64,000 nt of DNA from positions 115,134,001 through 115,198,000 of the forward strand of contig OZ024744.1 of the NCBI GenBank assembly GCA_964016885.1, read 5' to 3'. Of this stretch, positions 38,201-52,219 are shown one piece after another (position 1 is the stretch's first letter; each line of letters begins with the position of its first letter). The notes below the pieces were generated by a model. That model had not been told where the DNA came from. It made no database searches and saw only the letters and a program-made list of their open reading frames with translations. The DNA is from Eledone cirrhosa (Eukaryota). Made by a program: the position numbers and the translations under genes.

Positions 38201-41200
38201 GTTGTTAAGGTGTTCACTTCACAACATAGGTGTAGGTATGTCTGTGTTGTTAAGGTGTTCACTTCATGACATAGGTGTAGACATGGCTGTGTTGTTAAAG
38301 TGTCACTTCCCAACATAGGTGTAGGTTTGTCTGTGTTGTTAAGGTGTTCACTTCACAACATAGGTGTAGGTATGTCTGTGTTAAGGTGTAGACATGGCTG
38401 TGTTGTTAAGGTGTTCACTTCACAACATAGGTGTATGTATGGCTGTGTTGTTAAGGTGTTCACTTCACAACATAGGTGTAGGTATGTCTGTGTTGTTAAG
38501 GTGTTCACTTCACAACATAGGTGTAGGTATGGTTGTGTTGTTAAGGTGTTCACTTCACAACATAGGTGTAGACATGGCTGTGTTGTTAAGGTGTTCACTT
38601 CACAACATAGGTGTAGGTATGTCTGTGTTGTTGAGGTGTTCACTTCACAACATAGGTGTAGACATGGCTGTGTTGTTAAGGTGTCACTTCACAACATAGG
38701 TGTAGGTATGTCTGTGTTAAGGTGTTTACTTCACAACATAGGTGTAGGTATAGCTGTGTCGTTAAGGTGTCACTTCCCAACATAGGTGTAGGTATGGCTG
38801 TGTTGTTAAGGTGTTCACTTCACAACATAGGTGTAGGTATGGCTGTGTTGTTAAGGTGTTCACTTCACAACATAGGTGTAGGTATGGCTGTGTTTTTAAA
38901 GTGTTCACTTCACAACATATGTGTAGGTATGGCTGTGTTGTTAAGGTGTTCACTTCACAACATAGGTGTAGGTATGGCTGTGTTGTTAAGGTGTTCACTT
39001 CACAACATAGGTGTAGGTATGGCTGTGTTGTTAAGGTGTTCACTTCACAACATAGGTGTAGACATGGCTGTGTTGTTAAGGTGTTCACTTCACAACATAT
39101 GTGTAGGTATGGCTGTGTTGTTAAGGTGTTCACTTCACAACATAGGTGTAGGTATGGCTGTGTTGTTAAGGTGTTCACTTCACAACATAGGTGTAGACAT
39201 GGCTGTGTTGACAAGGTGTTCACTTCACAACATAGGTGTAGGTATGGTTGTGTTGTTAAGGTGTTCACTTCACAACATAGGTGTAGGTATGGCTGTGTTG
39301 TTAAGGTGTCACTTCACAACATAGGTGTAGGTATGGCTGTGTTGTTAAGGTGTTCACTTCACAACATAGGTGTAGGTATTGCTGTGTTGTTAAGGTGTTC
39401 ACTTCACAACATAGGTGTAGGTATGTCTGTGTTGTTAAGGTGTTCACTTCACAACATAGGTGTAGGTATGGCTGTGTTGTTAAGGTGTTCACTTCACAAC
39501 ATAGGTGTAGGTATAGCTGTGTTGTTAAGGTGTTCACTTCACAACATAGGTGTAGACATGGCTGTGTTGTTAAGGTGTTCACTTCACAACATAGGTGTAG
39601 GTATGTCTGCTGTGTTGTTAAGGTGTTCACTTCACAACATAGGTGTAGGTATGGCTGTGTTGTTAAGGTGTCACTTCACAACATAGGTGTAGGTATGGCT
39701 GTGTTGTTAAGGTGTTCACTTCACAACATAGGTGTAGGTATGTCTGTGTTGTTAAGGTTTTCACTTCACAACATAGGTGTAGGTATGGCTGTGTTGTTAA
39801 GGTGTTCACTTCACAACATAGGTGTAGGTATGTCTGTGTTGTTAAGGTGTTCACTTCACAACATTGGTGTAGGTATGTCTGTGTTGTTTAGGTGTTCACT
39901 TCACAACATAGGTGTAGGTATGGCTGTGTTGTTAAGGTGTTCACTTCACAACATAGGTGTAGACATGGCTGTGTTGTTAAGGTGTTCACTTCACAACATA
40001 GGTGTAGGTATGGTTGTGTTGTTAAGGTGTTCACTTCACAACATAGGTGTAGACATGGCTGTGTTGTTAAGGTGTTCACTTCACAACATAGGTGTAGGTA
40101 TGTCTGTGTTGTTAAGGTGTTCACTTCACAACATAGGTGTAGGTATGGCTGTGTTGTTAAGGTGTCACTTCACAATGTAGGTGTAGGTATGGCTGTGTTG
40201 TTAAGGTGTTCACTTCACAACATAGGTGTAGGTATGTCTGTGTTGTTAAGGTGTTCACTTCACAACATAGGTGTAGGTATGGCTGTGTTGTTAAGGTGTT
40301 CACTTCATAACATAGGTGTAGGTATGTCTGTGTTGTTAAGGTGTTCACTTCACAACATAGGTGTATGTATGTCTGTGTTGTTAAGGTGTTCACTTCACAA
40401 CATAGGTGTAGGTATGGCTGTGTTGTTAAGGTGTTCACTTCACAACATAGGTGTAGGTATGTCTGTGTTGTTAAGGTGTTCACTTCACAACATAGGTGTA
40501 GGTATGGTTGTGTTGTTAAGGTGTTCACTTCACAACATAGGTGTAGGTATGTCTGTGTTGTTGAGGTGTTCACTTCACAACATAGGTGTAGGTATGTCTG
40601 TGTTAAGGTGTAGACATGGCTGTGTTGTTAAGGTGTTCACTTCACAACATAGGTGTATGTATGGCTGTGTTGTTAAGGTGTTCACTTCACAACATAGGTG
40701 TATGTATGTCTGTGTTGTTAAGGTGTTCACTTCACAACATAGGTGTAGGTATGGCTGTGTTGTTAAGGTGTTCACTTCACAACATAGGTGTAGGTATGTC
40801 TGTGTTGTTAAGGTGTTCACTTCATGACATAGGTGTAGACATGGCTGTGTTGTTAAAGTGTCACTTCCCAACATAGGTGTAGGTTTGTCTGTGTTGTTAA
40901 GGTGTTCACTTCACAACATAGGTGTAGGTATGTCTGTGTTAAGGTGTAGACATGGCTGTGTTGTTAAGGTGTTCACTTCACAACATAGGTGTATGTATGG
41001 CTGTGTTGTTAAGGTGTTCACTTCACAACATAGGTGTAGGTATGTCTGTGTTGTTAAGGTGTTCACTTCACAACATAGGTGTAGGTATGGTTGTGTTGTT
41101 AAGGTGTTCACTTCACAACATAGGTGTAGACATGGCTGTGTTGTTAAGGTGTTCACTTCACAACATAGGTGTAGGTATGTCTGTGTTGTTGAGGTGTTCA

Positions 41201-44200
41201 CTTCACAACATAGGTGTAGACATGGCTGTGTTGTTAAGGTGTCACTTCACAACATAGGTGTAGGTATGTCTGTGTTAAGGTGTTTAATTCACGACATAGG
41301 TGTAGGTATAGCTGTGTCGTTAAGGTGTCACTTCCCAACATAGGTGTAGGTATGGCTGTGTTGTTAAGGTGTTCACTTCACAACATAGGTGTAGGTATGG
41401 CTGTGTTGTTAAGGTGTTCACTTCACAACATAGGTGTAGGTATGGCTGTGTTTTTAAAGTGTTCACTTCACAACATATGTGTAGGTATGGCTGTGTTGTT
41501 AAGGTGTTCACTTCACAACATAGGTGTAGGTATGGCTGTGTTGTTAAGGTGTTCACTTCACAACATAGGTGTAGGTATGGATGTGTTGTTAAGGTGTTCA
41601 CTTCACAACATAGGTGTAGACATGGCTGTGTTGTTAAGGTGTTCACTTCACAACATATGTGTAGGTATGGCTGTGTTGTTAAGGTGTTCACTTCACAACA
41701 TAGGTGTAGGTATGGCTGTGTTGTTAAGGTGTTCACTTCACAACATAGGTGTAGACATGGCTGTGTTGTTAAGGTGTTCACTTCACAACATATGTGTAGG
41801 TATGGCTGTGTTGTTAAGGTGTTCACTTCACAACATAGGTGTAGGTATGGCTGTGTTGTTAAGGTGTTCACTTCACAACATAGGTGTAGGTATAGCTGTG
41901 TTGTTAAGGTGTTCACTTCACAACATAGGTGTAGGTATGGTTGTGTTAAGGTGTTCACTTCACAACATAGGTGTAGGTATGGCTGTGTTGTTAAGGTGTC
42001 ACTTCACAACATAGGTGTAGGTATGTCTGTGTTGTTAAGGTGTTCACTTCACAACATAGGTGTAGGTATGGCTGTGTTGTTAAGGTGTTCACTTCACAAC
42101 ATAGGTGTAGGTATGGCTGTGTTGTTAAGGTGTCACTTCACAACATAGGTGTAGGTATGGCTGTGTTGTTAAGGTGTTCACTTCACAACATAGGTGTAGG
42201 TATAGCTGTGTTGTTAAGGTGTTCACTTCACAACATAGGTGTAGGTATGGTTGTGTTGTTAAGGTGTTCACTTCACAACATAGGTGTAGGTATGGCTGTG
42301 TTGTTAAGGAGTTCTCTTCACAACATAGGGGTAGGTATGGCTGTGTTGTTAAGGTGTTCACTTCACAACATAGGTGTAGACATGGCTGTGTTGTTAAGGT
42401 GTTCACTTCACAACATAGGTGTAGGTATGGCTGTGTTGTTAAGGTGTCACTTCACAACATAGGTGTAGGTATGGCTGTGTTGTTAAGGTGTTCACTTCAC
42501 AACATAGGTGTAGGTATAGCTGTGTTGTTAAGGTGTTCACTTCACAACATAGGTGTAGGTATGTCTGTGTTGTTAAGGTGTTCACTTCACAACATAGGTG
42601 TAGGTATGGCTGTGTTGTTAAGGTGTTCACTTCACAACATAGGTGTAGGTATAGCTGTGTTGTTAAGGTGTTCACTTCACAACATAGGTGTAGACATGGC
42701 TGTGTTGTTAAGGTGTTCACTTCACAACATAGGTGTAGACATGGCTGTGTTGTTAAGGTGTTCACTTCACAACATAGGTGTAGGTATGTCTGTGTTGTTA
42801 AGGTGTTCACTTCACAACATAGGTGTAGGTATGGCTGTGTTGTTAAGGTGTCACTTCACAACATAGGTGTAGGTATGGCTGTGTTGTTAAGGTGTTCACT
42901 TCACAACATAGGTGTAGGTATGTCTGTGTTGTTAAGGTTTTCACTTCACAACATAGGTGTAGGTATGGCTGTGTTGTTAAGGTGTTCACTTCACAACATA
43001 GGTGTAGGTATGTCTGTGTTGTTAAGGTGTTCACTTCACAACATAGGTGTAGGTATGTCTGTGTTGTTTAGGTGTTCACTTCACAACATAGGTGTAGGTA
43101 TGGCTGTGTTGTTAAGGTGTTCACTTCACAACATAGGTGTAGACATGGCTGTGTTGTTAAGGTGTTCACTTCACAACATAGGTGTAGGTATGGTTGTGTT
43201 GTTAAGGTGTTCACTTCACAACATAGGTGTAGACATGGCTGTGTTGTTAAGGTGTTCACTTCACAACATAGGTGTAGGTATGTCTGTGTTGTTAAGGTGT
43301 TCACTTCACAACATAGGTGTAGGTATGGCTGTGTTGTTAAGGTGTCACTTCACAACATAGGTGTAGGTATGGCTGTGTTGTTAAGGTGTTCACTTCACAA
43401 CATAGGTGTAGGTATGTCTGTGTTGTTAAGGTGTTCACTTCACAACATAGGTGTAGGTATGGCTGTGTTGTTAAGGTGTTCACTTCACAAAATAGGTGTA
43501 GGTATGGTTGTGTTGTTAAGGTGTTCACTTCACAACATAGGTGTAGACATGGCTGTGTTGTTAAGGTGTTCACTTCACAACATAGGTGTAGGTATGTCTG
43601 TGTTGTTGAGGTGTTCACTTTACAACATAGGTGTAGGTATGGTTGTGTTGTTAAGGTGTTCACTTCACGACATAGGTGTAGACATGGCTGTGTTGTTAAA
43701 GTGTCACTTCCCAACATAGGTGTAGGTATGTCTGTGTTGTTAAGGTGTTCACTTCACAACATAGGTGTAGGTATGTCTGTGTTAAGGTGTAGCCATGGCT
43801 GTGTTGTTAAGGTGTTCACTTCACAACATAGGTGTATGTATGGCTGTGTTGTTAAGGTGTTCACTTCACAACATAGGTGTAGGTATGTCTGTGTTGTTAA
43901 GGTGTTCACTTCACAACATAGGTGTAGGTATGGTTGTGTTGTTAAGGTGTTCACTTCACAACATAGGTGTAGACATGGCTGTGTTGTTAAGGTGTTCACT
44001 TCACAACATAGGTGTAGGTATGTCTGTGTTGTTGAGGTGTTCACTTCACAACATAGGTGTAGACATGGCTGTGTTGTTAAGGTGTCACTTCACAACATAG
44101 GTGTAGGTATGTCTGTGTTAAGGTGTTCACTTCACAACATAGGTGTAGGTATAGCTGTGTCGTTAAGGTGTTCACTTCACAACATAGGTGTAGGTATGGC

Positions 44201-47200
44201 TGTGTTGTTAAGGAGTTCTCTTCACAACATAGGTGTAGGTATGTCTGTGTTGTTGAGGTGTTCACTTCACAACATAGGTGTAGGTATGGTTGTGTTGTTA
44301 AGGTGTTCACTTCACGACATAGGTGTAGACATGGCTGTGTTGTTAAAGTGTCACTTCCCAACATAGGTGTAGGTATGTCTGTGTTGTTAAGGTGTTCACT
44401 TCACAACATAGGTGTAGGTATGTCTGTGTTAAGGTGTAGCCATGGCTGTGTTGTTAAGGTGTTCACTTCACAACATAGGTGTAGGTATGTCTGTGTTGTT
44501 AAGGTGTTCACTTCACAACATAGGTGTAGGTATGGTTGTGTTGTTAAGGTGTTCACTTCACAACATAGGTGTAGACATGGCTGTGTTGTTAAGGTGTTCA
44601 CTTCACAACATAGGTGTAGGTATGTCTGTGTTGTTGAGGTGTTCACTTCACAACATAGGTGTAGACATGGCTGTGTTGTTAAGGTGTCACTTCACAACAT
44701 AGGTGTAGGTATGTCTGTGTTAAGGTGTTCACTTAACAACATAGGTGTAGGTATAGCTGTGTCGTTAAGGTGTTCACTTCACAACATACGTGTAGGTATG
44801 GCTGTGTTGTTAAGGAGTTCTCTTCACAACATAGGGGTAGGTATGGCTGTGTTGTTAAGGTGTTCACTTCACAACATAGGTGTAGACATGGCTGTGTTGT
44901 TAAGGTGTTCACTTCACAACATAGGTGTAGGTATGGCTGTGTTGTTAAGGTGTCACTTCACAACATAGGTGTAGGTATGGCTGTGTTGTTAAGGTGTTCA
45001 CTTCACAACATAGGTGTAGGTATAGCTGTGTTGTTAAGGTGTTCACTTCACAACATAGGTGTAGGTATGTCTGTGTTGTTAAGGTGTTCACTTCACAACA
45101 TAGGTGTAGGTATGGCTGTGTTGTTAAGGTGTTCACTTCACAACATAGGTGTAGGTATAGCTGTGTTGTTAAGGTGTTCACTTCACAACATAGGTGTAGA
45201 CATGGCTGTGTTGTTAAGGTGTTCACTTCACAACATAGGTGTAGACATGGCTGTGTTGTTAAGGTGTTCACTTCACAACATAGGTGTAGGTATGTCTGTG
45301 TTGTTAAGGTGTTCACTTCACAACATAGGTGTAGGTATGGCTGTGTTGTTAAGGTGTCACTTCACAACATAGGTGTAGGTATGGCTGTGTTGTTAATGTG
45401 TTCACTTCACAACATAGGTGTAGGTATGTCTGTGTTGTTAAGGTTTTCACTTCACAACATAGGTGTAGGTATGGCTGTGTTGTTAAGGTGTTCACTTCAC
45501 AACATAGGTGTAGGTATGTCTGTGTTGTTAAGGTGTTCACTTCACAACATAGGTGTAGGTATGTCTGTGTTGTTTAGGTGTTCACTTCACAACATAGGTG
45601 TAGGTATGGCTGTGTTGTTAAGGTGTTCACTTCACAACATAGGTGTAGACATGGCTGTGTTGTTAAGGTGTTCACTTCACAACATAGGTGTAGGTATGGT
45701 TGTGTTGTTAAGGTGTTCACTTCACAACATAGGTGTAGACATGGCTGTGTTGTTAAGGTGTTCACTTCACAACATAGGTGTAGGTATGTCTGTGTTGTTA
45801 AGGTGTTCACTTCACAACATAGGTGTAGGTATGGCTGTGTTGTTAAGGTGTCACTTCACAACATAGGTGTAGGTATGGCTGTGTTGTTAAGGTGTTCACT
45901 TCACAACATAGGTGTAGGTATGTCTGTGTTGTTAAGGTGTTCACTTCACAACATAGGTGTAGGTATGGCTGTGTTGTTAAGGTGTTCACTTCACAACATA
46001 GGTGTAGGTATGGTTGTGTTGTTAAGGTGTTCACTTCACAACATAGGTGTAGACATGGCTGTGTTGTTAAGGTGTTCACTTCACAACATAGGTGTAGGTA
46101 TGTCTGTGTTGTTGAGGTGTTCACTTCACAACATAGGTGTAGGTATGGTTGTGTTGTTAAGGTGTTCACTTCACGACATAGGTGTAGACATGGCTGTGTT
46201 GTTAAAGTGTCACTTCCCAACATAGGTGTAGGTATGTCTGTGTTGTTAAGGTGTTCACTTCACAACATAGGTGTAGGTATGTCTGTGTTAAGGTGTAGCC
46301 ATGGCTGTGTTGTTAAGGTGTTCACTTCACAACATAGGTGTATGTATGGCTGTGTTGTTAAGGTGTTCACTTCACAACATAGGTGTAGGTATGTCTGTGT
46401 TGTTAAGGTGTTCACTTCACAACATAGGTGTAGGTATGGTTGTGTTGTTAAGGTGTTCACTTCACAACATAGGTGTAGACATGGCTGTGTTGTTAAGGTG
46501 TTCACTTCACAACATAGGTGTAGGTATGTCTGTGTTGTTGAGGTGTTCACTTCACAACATAGGTGTAGACATGGCTGTGTTGTTAAGGTGTCACTTCACA
46601 ACATAGGTGTAGGTATGTCTGTGTTAAGGTGTTTACTTCACAACATAGGTGTAGGTATAGCTGTGTCGTTAAGGTGTCACTTCCCAACATAGGTGTAGGT
46701 ATGGCTGTGTTGTTAAGGTGTTCACTTCACAACATAGGTGTAGGTATGGCAGTGTTGTTAAGGTGTTCACTTCACAACATAGGTGTAGGTATGGTTGTGT
46801 TGTTAAGGTGTTCACTTCCCAACATAGGTGTAGGTATGGCTGTGTTGTTAAGGTGTTCACTTCACAACATAGGTGTAGGTATGGCTGTGTTGTTAAGGTG
46901 TTCACTTCACAACATAGGTGTAGGTATGGCTGTGTTTTTAAGGTGTTCACTTCACAACATATGTGTAGGTATGGCTGTGTTGTTAAGGTGTTCACTTCAC
47001 AACATAGGTGTAGGTATGGCTGTGTTGTTAAGGTGTTCACTTCACAACATAGGTGTAGGTATGGCTGTGTTGTTAAGGTGTTCACTTCACAACATAGGTG
47101 TAGGTATGGCTGTGTTGTTAAGGTGTTCACTTCACAACATAGGTGTAGGTATGGCTGTGTTGTTTAGGTGTCACTTCACAACATAGGTGTAGGTATGGCT

Positions 47201-50200
47201 GTGTTGTTAAGGTGTCACTTCACAACATAGGTGTAGGTATGGCTGTGTTGTTAAGGTGTCACTTCACAACATAGGTGTAGGTATGGCTGTGTTGTTAAGG
47301 AGTTCTCTTCACAACATAGGGGTAGGTATGGCTGTGTTGTTAAGGTGTTCACTTCACAACATAGGTGTAGACATGGCTGTGTTGTTAAGGTGTTCACTTC
47401 ACAACATAGGTGTAGGTATGGCTGTGTTGTTAAGGTGTCACTTCACAACATAGGTGTAGGTATGGCTGTGTTGTTAAGGTGTTCACTTCACAACATAGGT
47501 GTAGGTATAGCTGTGTTGTTAAGGTGTTCACTTCACAACATAGGTGTAGGTATGTCTGTGTTGTTAAGGTGTTCACTTCACAACATAGGTGTAGGTATGG
47601 CTGTGTTGTTAAGGTGTTCACTTCACAACATAGGTGTAGGTATAGCTGTGTTGTTAAGGTGTTCACTTCACAACATAGGTGTAGACATGGCTGTGTTGTT
47701 AAGGTGTTCACTTCACAACATAGGTGTAGACATGGCTGTGTTGTTAAGGTGTTCACTTCACAACATAGGTGTAGGTATGTCTGTGTTGTTAAGGTGTTCA
47801 CTTCACAACATAGGTGTAGGTATGGCTGTGTTGTTAAGGTGTCACTTCACAACATAGGTGTAGGTATGGCTGTGTTGTTAAGGTGTTCACTTCACAACAT
47901 AGGTGTAGGTATGTCTGTGTTGTTAAGGTTTTCACTTCACAACATAGGTGTAGGTATGGCTGTGTTGTTAAGGTGTTCACTTCACAACATAGGTGTAGGT
48001 ATGTCTGTGTTGTTAAGGTGTTCACTTCACAACATAGGTGTAGGTATGTCTGTGTTGTTTAGGTGTTCACTTCACAACATAGGTGTAGGTATGGCTGTGT
48101 TGTTAAGGTGTTCACTTCACAACATAGGTGTAGACATGGCTGTGTTGTTAAGGTGTTCACTTCACAAATATAGGTGTAGGTATGGTTGTGTTGTTAAGGT
48201 GTTCACTTCACAACATAGGTGTAGACATGGCTGTGTTGTTAAGGTGTTCACTTCACAACATAGGTGTAGGTATGTCTGTGTTGTTAAGGTGTTCACTTCA
48301 CAACATAGGTGTAGGTATGGCTGTGTTGTTAAGGTGTCACTTCACAACATAGGTGTAGGTATGGCTGTGTTGTTAAGGTGTTCACTTCACAACATAGGTG
48401 TAGGTATGTCTGTGTTGTTAAGGTGTTCACTTCACAACATAGGTGTAGGTATGGCTGTGTTGTTAAGGTGTTCACTTCACAACATAGGTGTAGGTATGGT
48501 TGTGTTGTTAAGGTGTTCACTTCACAACATAGGTGTAGACATGGCTGTGTTGTTAAGGTGTTCACTTCACAACATAGGTGTAGGTATGTCTGTGTTGTTG
48601 AGGTGTTCACTTCACAACATAGGTGTAGGTATGGTTGTGTTGTTAAGGTGTTCACTTCACGACATAGGTGTAGACATGGCTGTGTTGTTAAAGTGTCACT
48701 TCCCAACATAGGTGTAGGTATGTCTGTGTTGTTAAGGTGTTCACTTCACAACATAGGTGTAGGTATGTCTGTGTTAAAGTGTAGCCATGGCTGTGTTGTT
48801 AAGGTGTTCACTTCACAACATAGGTGTATGTATGGCTGTGTTGTTAAGGTGTTCACTTCACAACATAGGTGTAGGTATGTCTGTGTTGTTAAGGTGTTCA
48901 CTTCACAACATAGGTGTAGGTATGGTTGTGTTGTTAAGGTGTTCACTTCACAACATAGGTGTAGACATGGCTGTGTTGTTAAGGTGTTCACTTCACAACA
49001 TAGGTGTAGGTATGTCTGTGTTGTTGAGGTGTTCACTTCACAACATAGGTGTAGACATGGCTGTGTTGTTAAGGTGTCACTTCACAACATAGGTGTAGGT
49101 ATGTCTGTGTTAAGGTGTTTACTTCACAACATAGGTGTAGGTATAGCTGTGTCGTTAAGGTGTCACTTCCCAACATAGGTGTAGGTATGGCTGTGTTGTT
49201 AAGGTGTTCACTTCACAACATAGGTGTAGGTATGGCTGTGTTGTTAAGGTGTTCACTTCACAACATAGGTGTAGGTATGGCTGTGTTTTTAAGGTGTTCA
49301 CTTCACAACATATGTGTAGGTATGGCTGTGTTGTTAAGGTGTTCACTTCACAACATAGGTGTAGGTATGGCTGTGTTGTTAAGGTGTTCACTTCACAACA
49401 TAGGTGTAGGTATGGCTGTGTTGTTAAGGTGTTCACTTCACAACATAGGTGTAGGTATGGCTGTGTTGTTAAGGTGTTCACTTCACAACATAGGTGTAGG
49501 TATGGCTGTGTTGTTTAGGTGTCACTTCACAACATAGGTGTAGGTATGGCTGTGTTGTTAAGGTGTCACTTCACAACATAGGTGTAGGTATGGCTGTGTT
49601 GTTAAGGTGTCACTTCACAACATAGGTGTAGGTATGTCTGTATTGTTAAGGTGTTCACTTCACAACATAGGTGTAGGTATGGCTGTGTTGTTAAGGTGTT
49701 CACTTCACAACATAGGTGTAGGTATGGCTGTGTTGTTAAGGTGTTCACTTCACAACATAGGTGTAGGTATGGCTGTGTTGTTAAGGTGTTCACTTCACAA
49801 CATAGGTGTAGGTATGGCTGTGTTGTTAAGGTGTTCACTTCACAACATATGTGTATGTATGGCTGTGTTGTTAAGGTGTTCACTTCACAACATAGGTGTA
49901 GGTATAGCTGTGTTGTTAAGGTGTCACTTCACAACATAGGTGTAGGTATGGCTGTGTTGTTAAGGTGTTCACTTCACAACATAGGTGTAGGTATGGCTGT
50001 GTTGTTAAGGTGTTCACTTCACAACATAGGTGTAGGTATGGCTGTGTTGTTAAGGTGTTCACTTCACAACATAGGTGTAGACATGGCTGTGTTGTTAAGG
50101 TGTTCACTTCACAACATAGGTGTAGACAAGGCTGTGTTGTTAAGGTGTTCACTTCACAACATAGGTGTAACTATGGCAGTGTTGTTAAGGTGTTCACTTC

Positions 50201-50935
50201 ACAACAAAGGTGTAGGTATGGCTGTGTTGTTAAGGTGTTCACTTCACAACATAGGTGTAACTATGGCAGTGTTGTTAAGGTGTTCACTTCACAACATAGG
50301 TGTAGGTATGGCTGTGTTGTTAAGGTGTTCACTTCACAACATAGGTGAAACTATGGCTGTGTTGTTAAGGTGTTCACTTCACAACATAGGTGTAGGTATG
50401 GCTGTGTTGTTAAGGTGTCACTTCACAACATAGGTGTAGGTATGGCTGTGTTGTTTAGGTGTTCACTTCACAACATAGGGGTAGGTATGGCTGTGTTGTT
50501 AAGGTGTTCACTTCACAACATAGGTGTAGGTATGGCTGTGTTAAGGTGTTCACTTCACAACATAGGTGTAGGTATGGCTGTGTTGTTAAGGTGTTTACTT
50601 CACAACATAGGTGTAGACATGGCTGTGTTGTTAAGGTGTTCACTTCACAACATAGGTGTAGGTATGGCTGTGTTATTAAGGTGTTCACTTCACAACATAG
50701 GTGTAGACATGGCTGTGTTGTTAAGGAGTTCACTTCACAACATAGGTGTAGGTATGGCTGTGTTAATAAGGTGTTCACTTCACAACATAGGTGTAGGTAT
50801 GGCTGTGTTGTGAAGGTGTTCACTTCACAACATAGGTGTAGGTATGGCTGTGTTGTGAAGGTGTTTACTTCACAACATAGGTGTAGGTATGGCTGTGTTG
50901 TTAAGGAGTTCACTTCACACCATGGGTGTAGACAT
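20283..50935 (+). repeat. 45-bp satellite, ~30.6 kb, ~680 copies, intronic
   Basis: Consensus AGGTGTAGGTATGGCTGTGTTGTTAAGGTGTTCACTTCACAACAT, with recurring 44-bp, 42-bp and truncated variants. Accounts for every ORF listed between 20233 and 50974. Confidence 0.99.
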
Positions 50936-51072
50936 TACTCTACCACCACTAGTATTTCTACATTAGTACTGTAATATATTTGGTTTGTCTTTTACTATAG
51001 CCTCATGTCAACCAATGCTTCGCCAGTGAAATTCTGAGTGAATGAAATTGTGCAGATACCATTCGGTATATA
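50880..51072 (+). mobile_element. Decayed tRNA-derived SINE forming the right end of the satellite
   Basis: The last unit leads into ...gtcttttactatagcctcatgtcaaccaatgc...gaaattgtgcagataccattcggtatatat. This resembles the body of an octopus SINE I remember as GGCGCAGGCATGGCTGTGTGGTAAGAAGCTTGCTTCCCAACCAC...GTCTTCTACTATAGCCTCGGGCCGACCAAAGCC. Confidence 0.65.
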
Positions 51073-51985
51073 TCACCATCATCACTATCATTTCCATGAT
51101 GGTATTAGTTAACAAGATGGGTTAAACAGCCACACCATCTAATGTTCCATATTGGCATGGTTCCAATAGTTAGATGCCCTTTTTATAACAGCCCATTTAC
51201 AGAGTGTACTGGGCGTATTTTATCATGGCACCAGCACTACCACTTTACAGAGTATATTGGGTGTATTATTTTGTGACAGCAACACTACCACTTTACAGAG
51301 TGTACTGGGTGTATTTTATCATGACACCAACACTACCACTTTACAGAGTGAACTGGGTGTATTTTATCATGACACCAACACTACCACTTTACAGAGTGTA
51401 CTGGGTGTATTTTATCATGACACCAACACTACCACTTTACAGAGTGTACTGGGTGTATTTTATCATGACACCAACACTACCACTTTACAGAGTGAACTGG
51501 GTGTATTTTATCATGACACCAACACTACCACTTTACAGAGTGAACTGGGTGTATTTTATCATGACACCAACACTACCACTTTACAGAGTGAACTGGGTGT
51601 ATTTTATCATGACACCAACACTACCACTTTACAGAGTGTACTGGGTGTATTTTATCATGACACCAACACTACCACTTTACAGAGTGTACTGGGTGTATTT
51701 TATCATGACACCAACACTACCACTTTACAGAGTGTACTGGGTGCATTTTATCATGACACCAACACTACCACTTTACAGAGTGTACTGGGTGCATTTTATC
51801 ATGACACCAACACTACCACTTTACAGAGTGTACTGGGTGTATTTTATCATGACACCAACACTACCACTTTACAGAGTGTACTGGGTGTATTTTATCATGA
51901 CACCAACACTACCACTTTACAGAGTGTACTGGGTGTATTTTATCATGACACCAACACTACCACTTTACATAGCGTACTGGGTGTT
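51073..51985 (-). repeat. RTE-type 3' tail fragment with a 48-bp segment amplified ~16 times
   Basis: Unit tttacagagtgtactgggtgtattttatcatgacaccaacactaccac. The single-copy homolog tttacagtgagtgctgggtgctttttttctgtggcacc is at 8633-8670, and both are preceded by gatgccctt. Confidence 0.88.
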
Positions 51986-52216
51986 TATGTGAGTGTATGT
52001 GTGAGTGTGTCTATGTGTTGAACATGTCTGTGTGTTTATGTATGTATATGAGTGTGTCTGTATGTGTATGTGTATATGTGTGTATGTATGTGTGTAAGCA
52101 TGAATATGTGTATGTGAGCATATCTATGTGAGTGTGTATGTGTGCGTATGTGTGTATGTGTGTAAAGATGTGACCGGGTCTATGTAAATGTGTATGTATA
52201 TCTGAATGTGTATGTG
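51986..52216. repeat. Degenerate (TG)n/(TATG)n tract
   Basis: Direct reading. Confidence 0.9.
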
Positions 52217-52219
52217 ATC

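Noticed and set aside
20283-50935. CRISPR array
   Set aside because: Units are head-to-tail with no unique spacers, there are no cas genes, and the context is a eukaryotic intron.
20233-50974. Dozens of ORFs with VFTSQHRCRYGCVVK, CSLHNIGVGMAVLLR or NTLTTQPYLHLCCEV repeats, suggesting a Cys/His-rich repeat protein
   Set aside because: A 45-bp unit is open in several frames by chance. Frequent 44-bp units shift frame freely, and the array lies inside a SYNRG intron.
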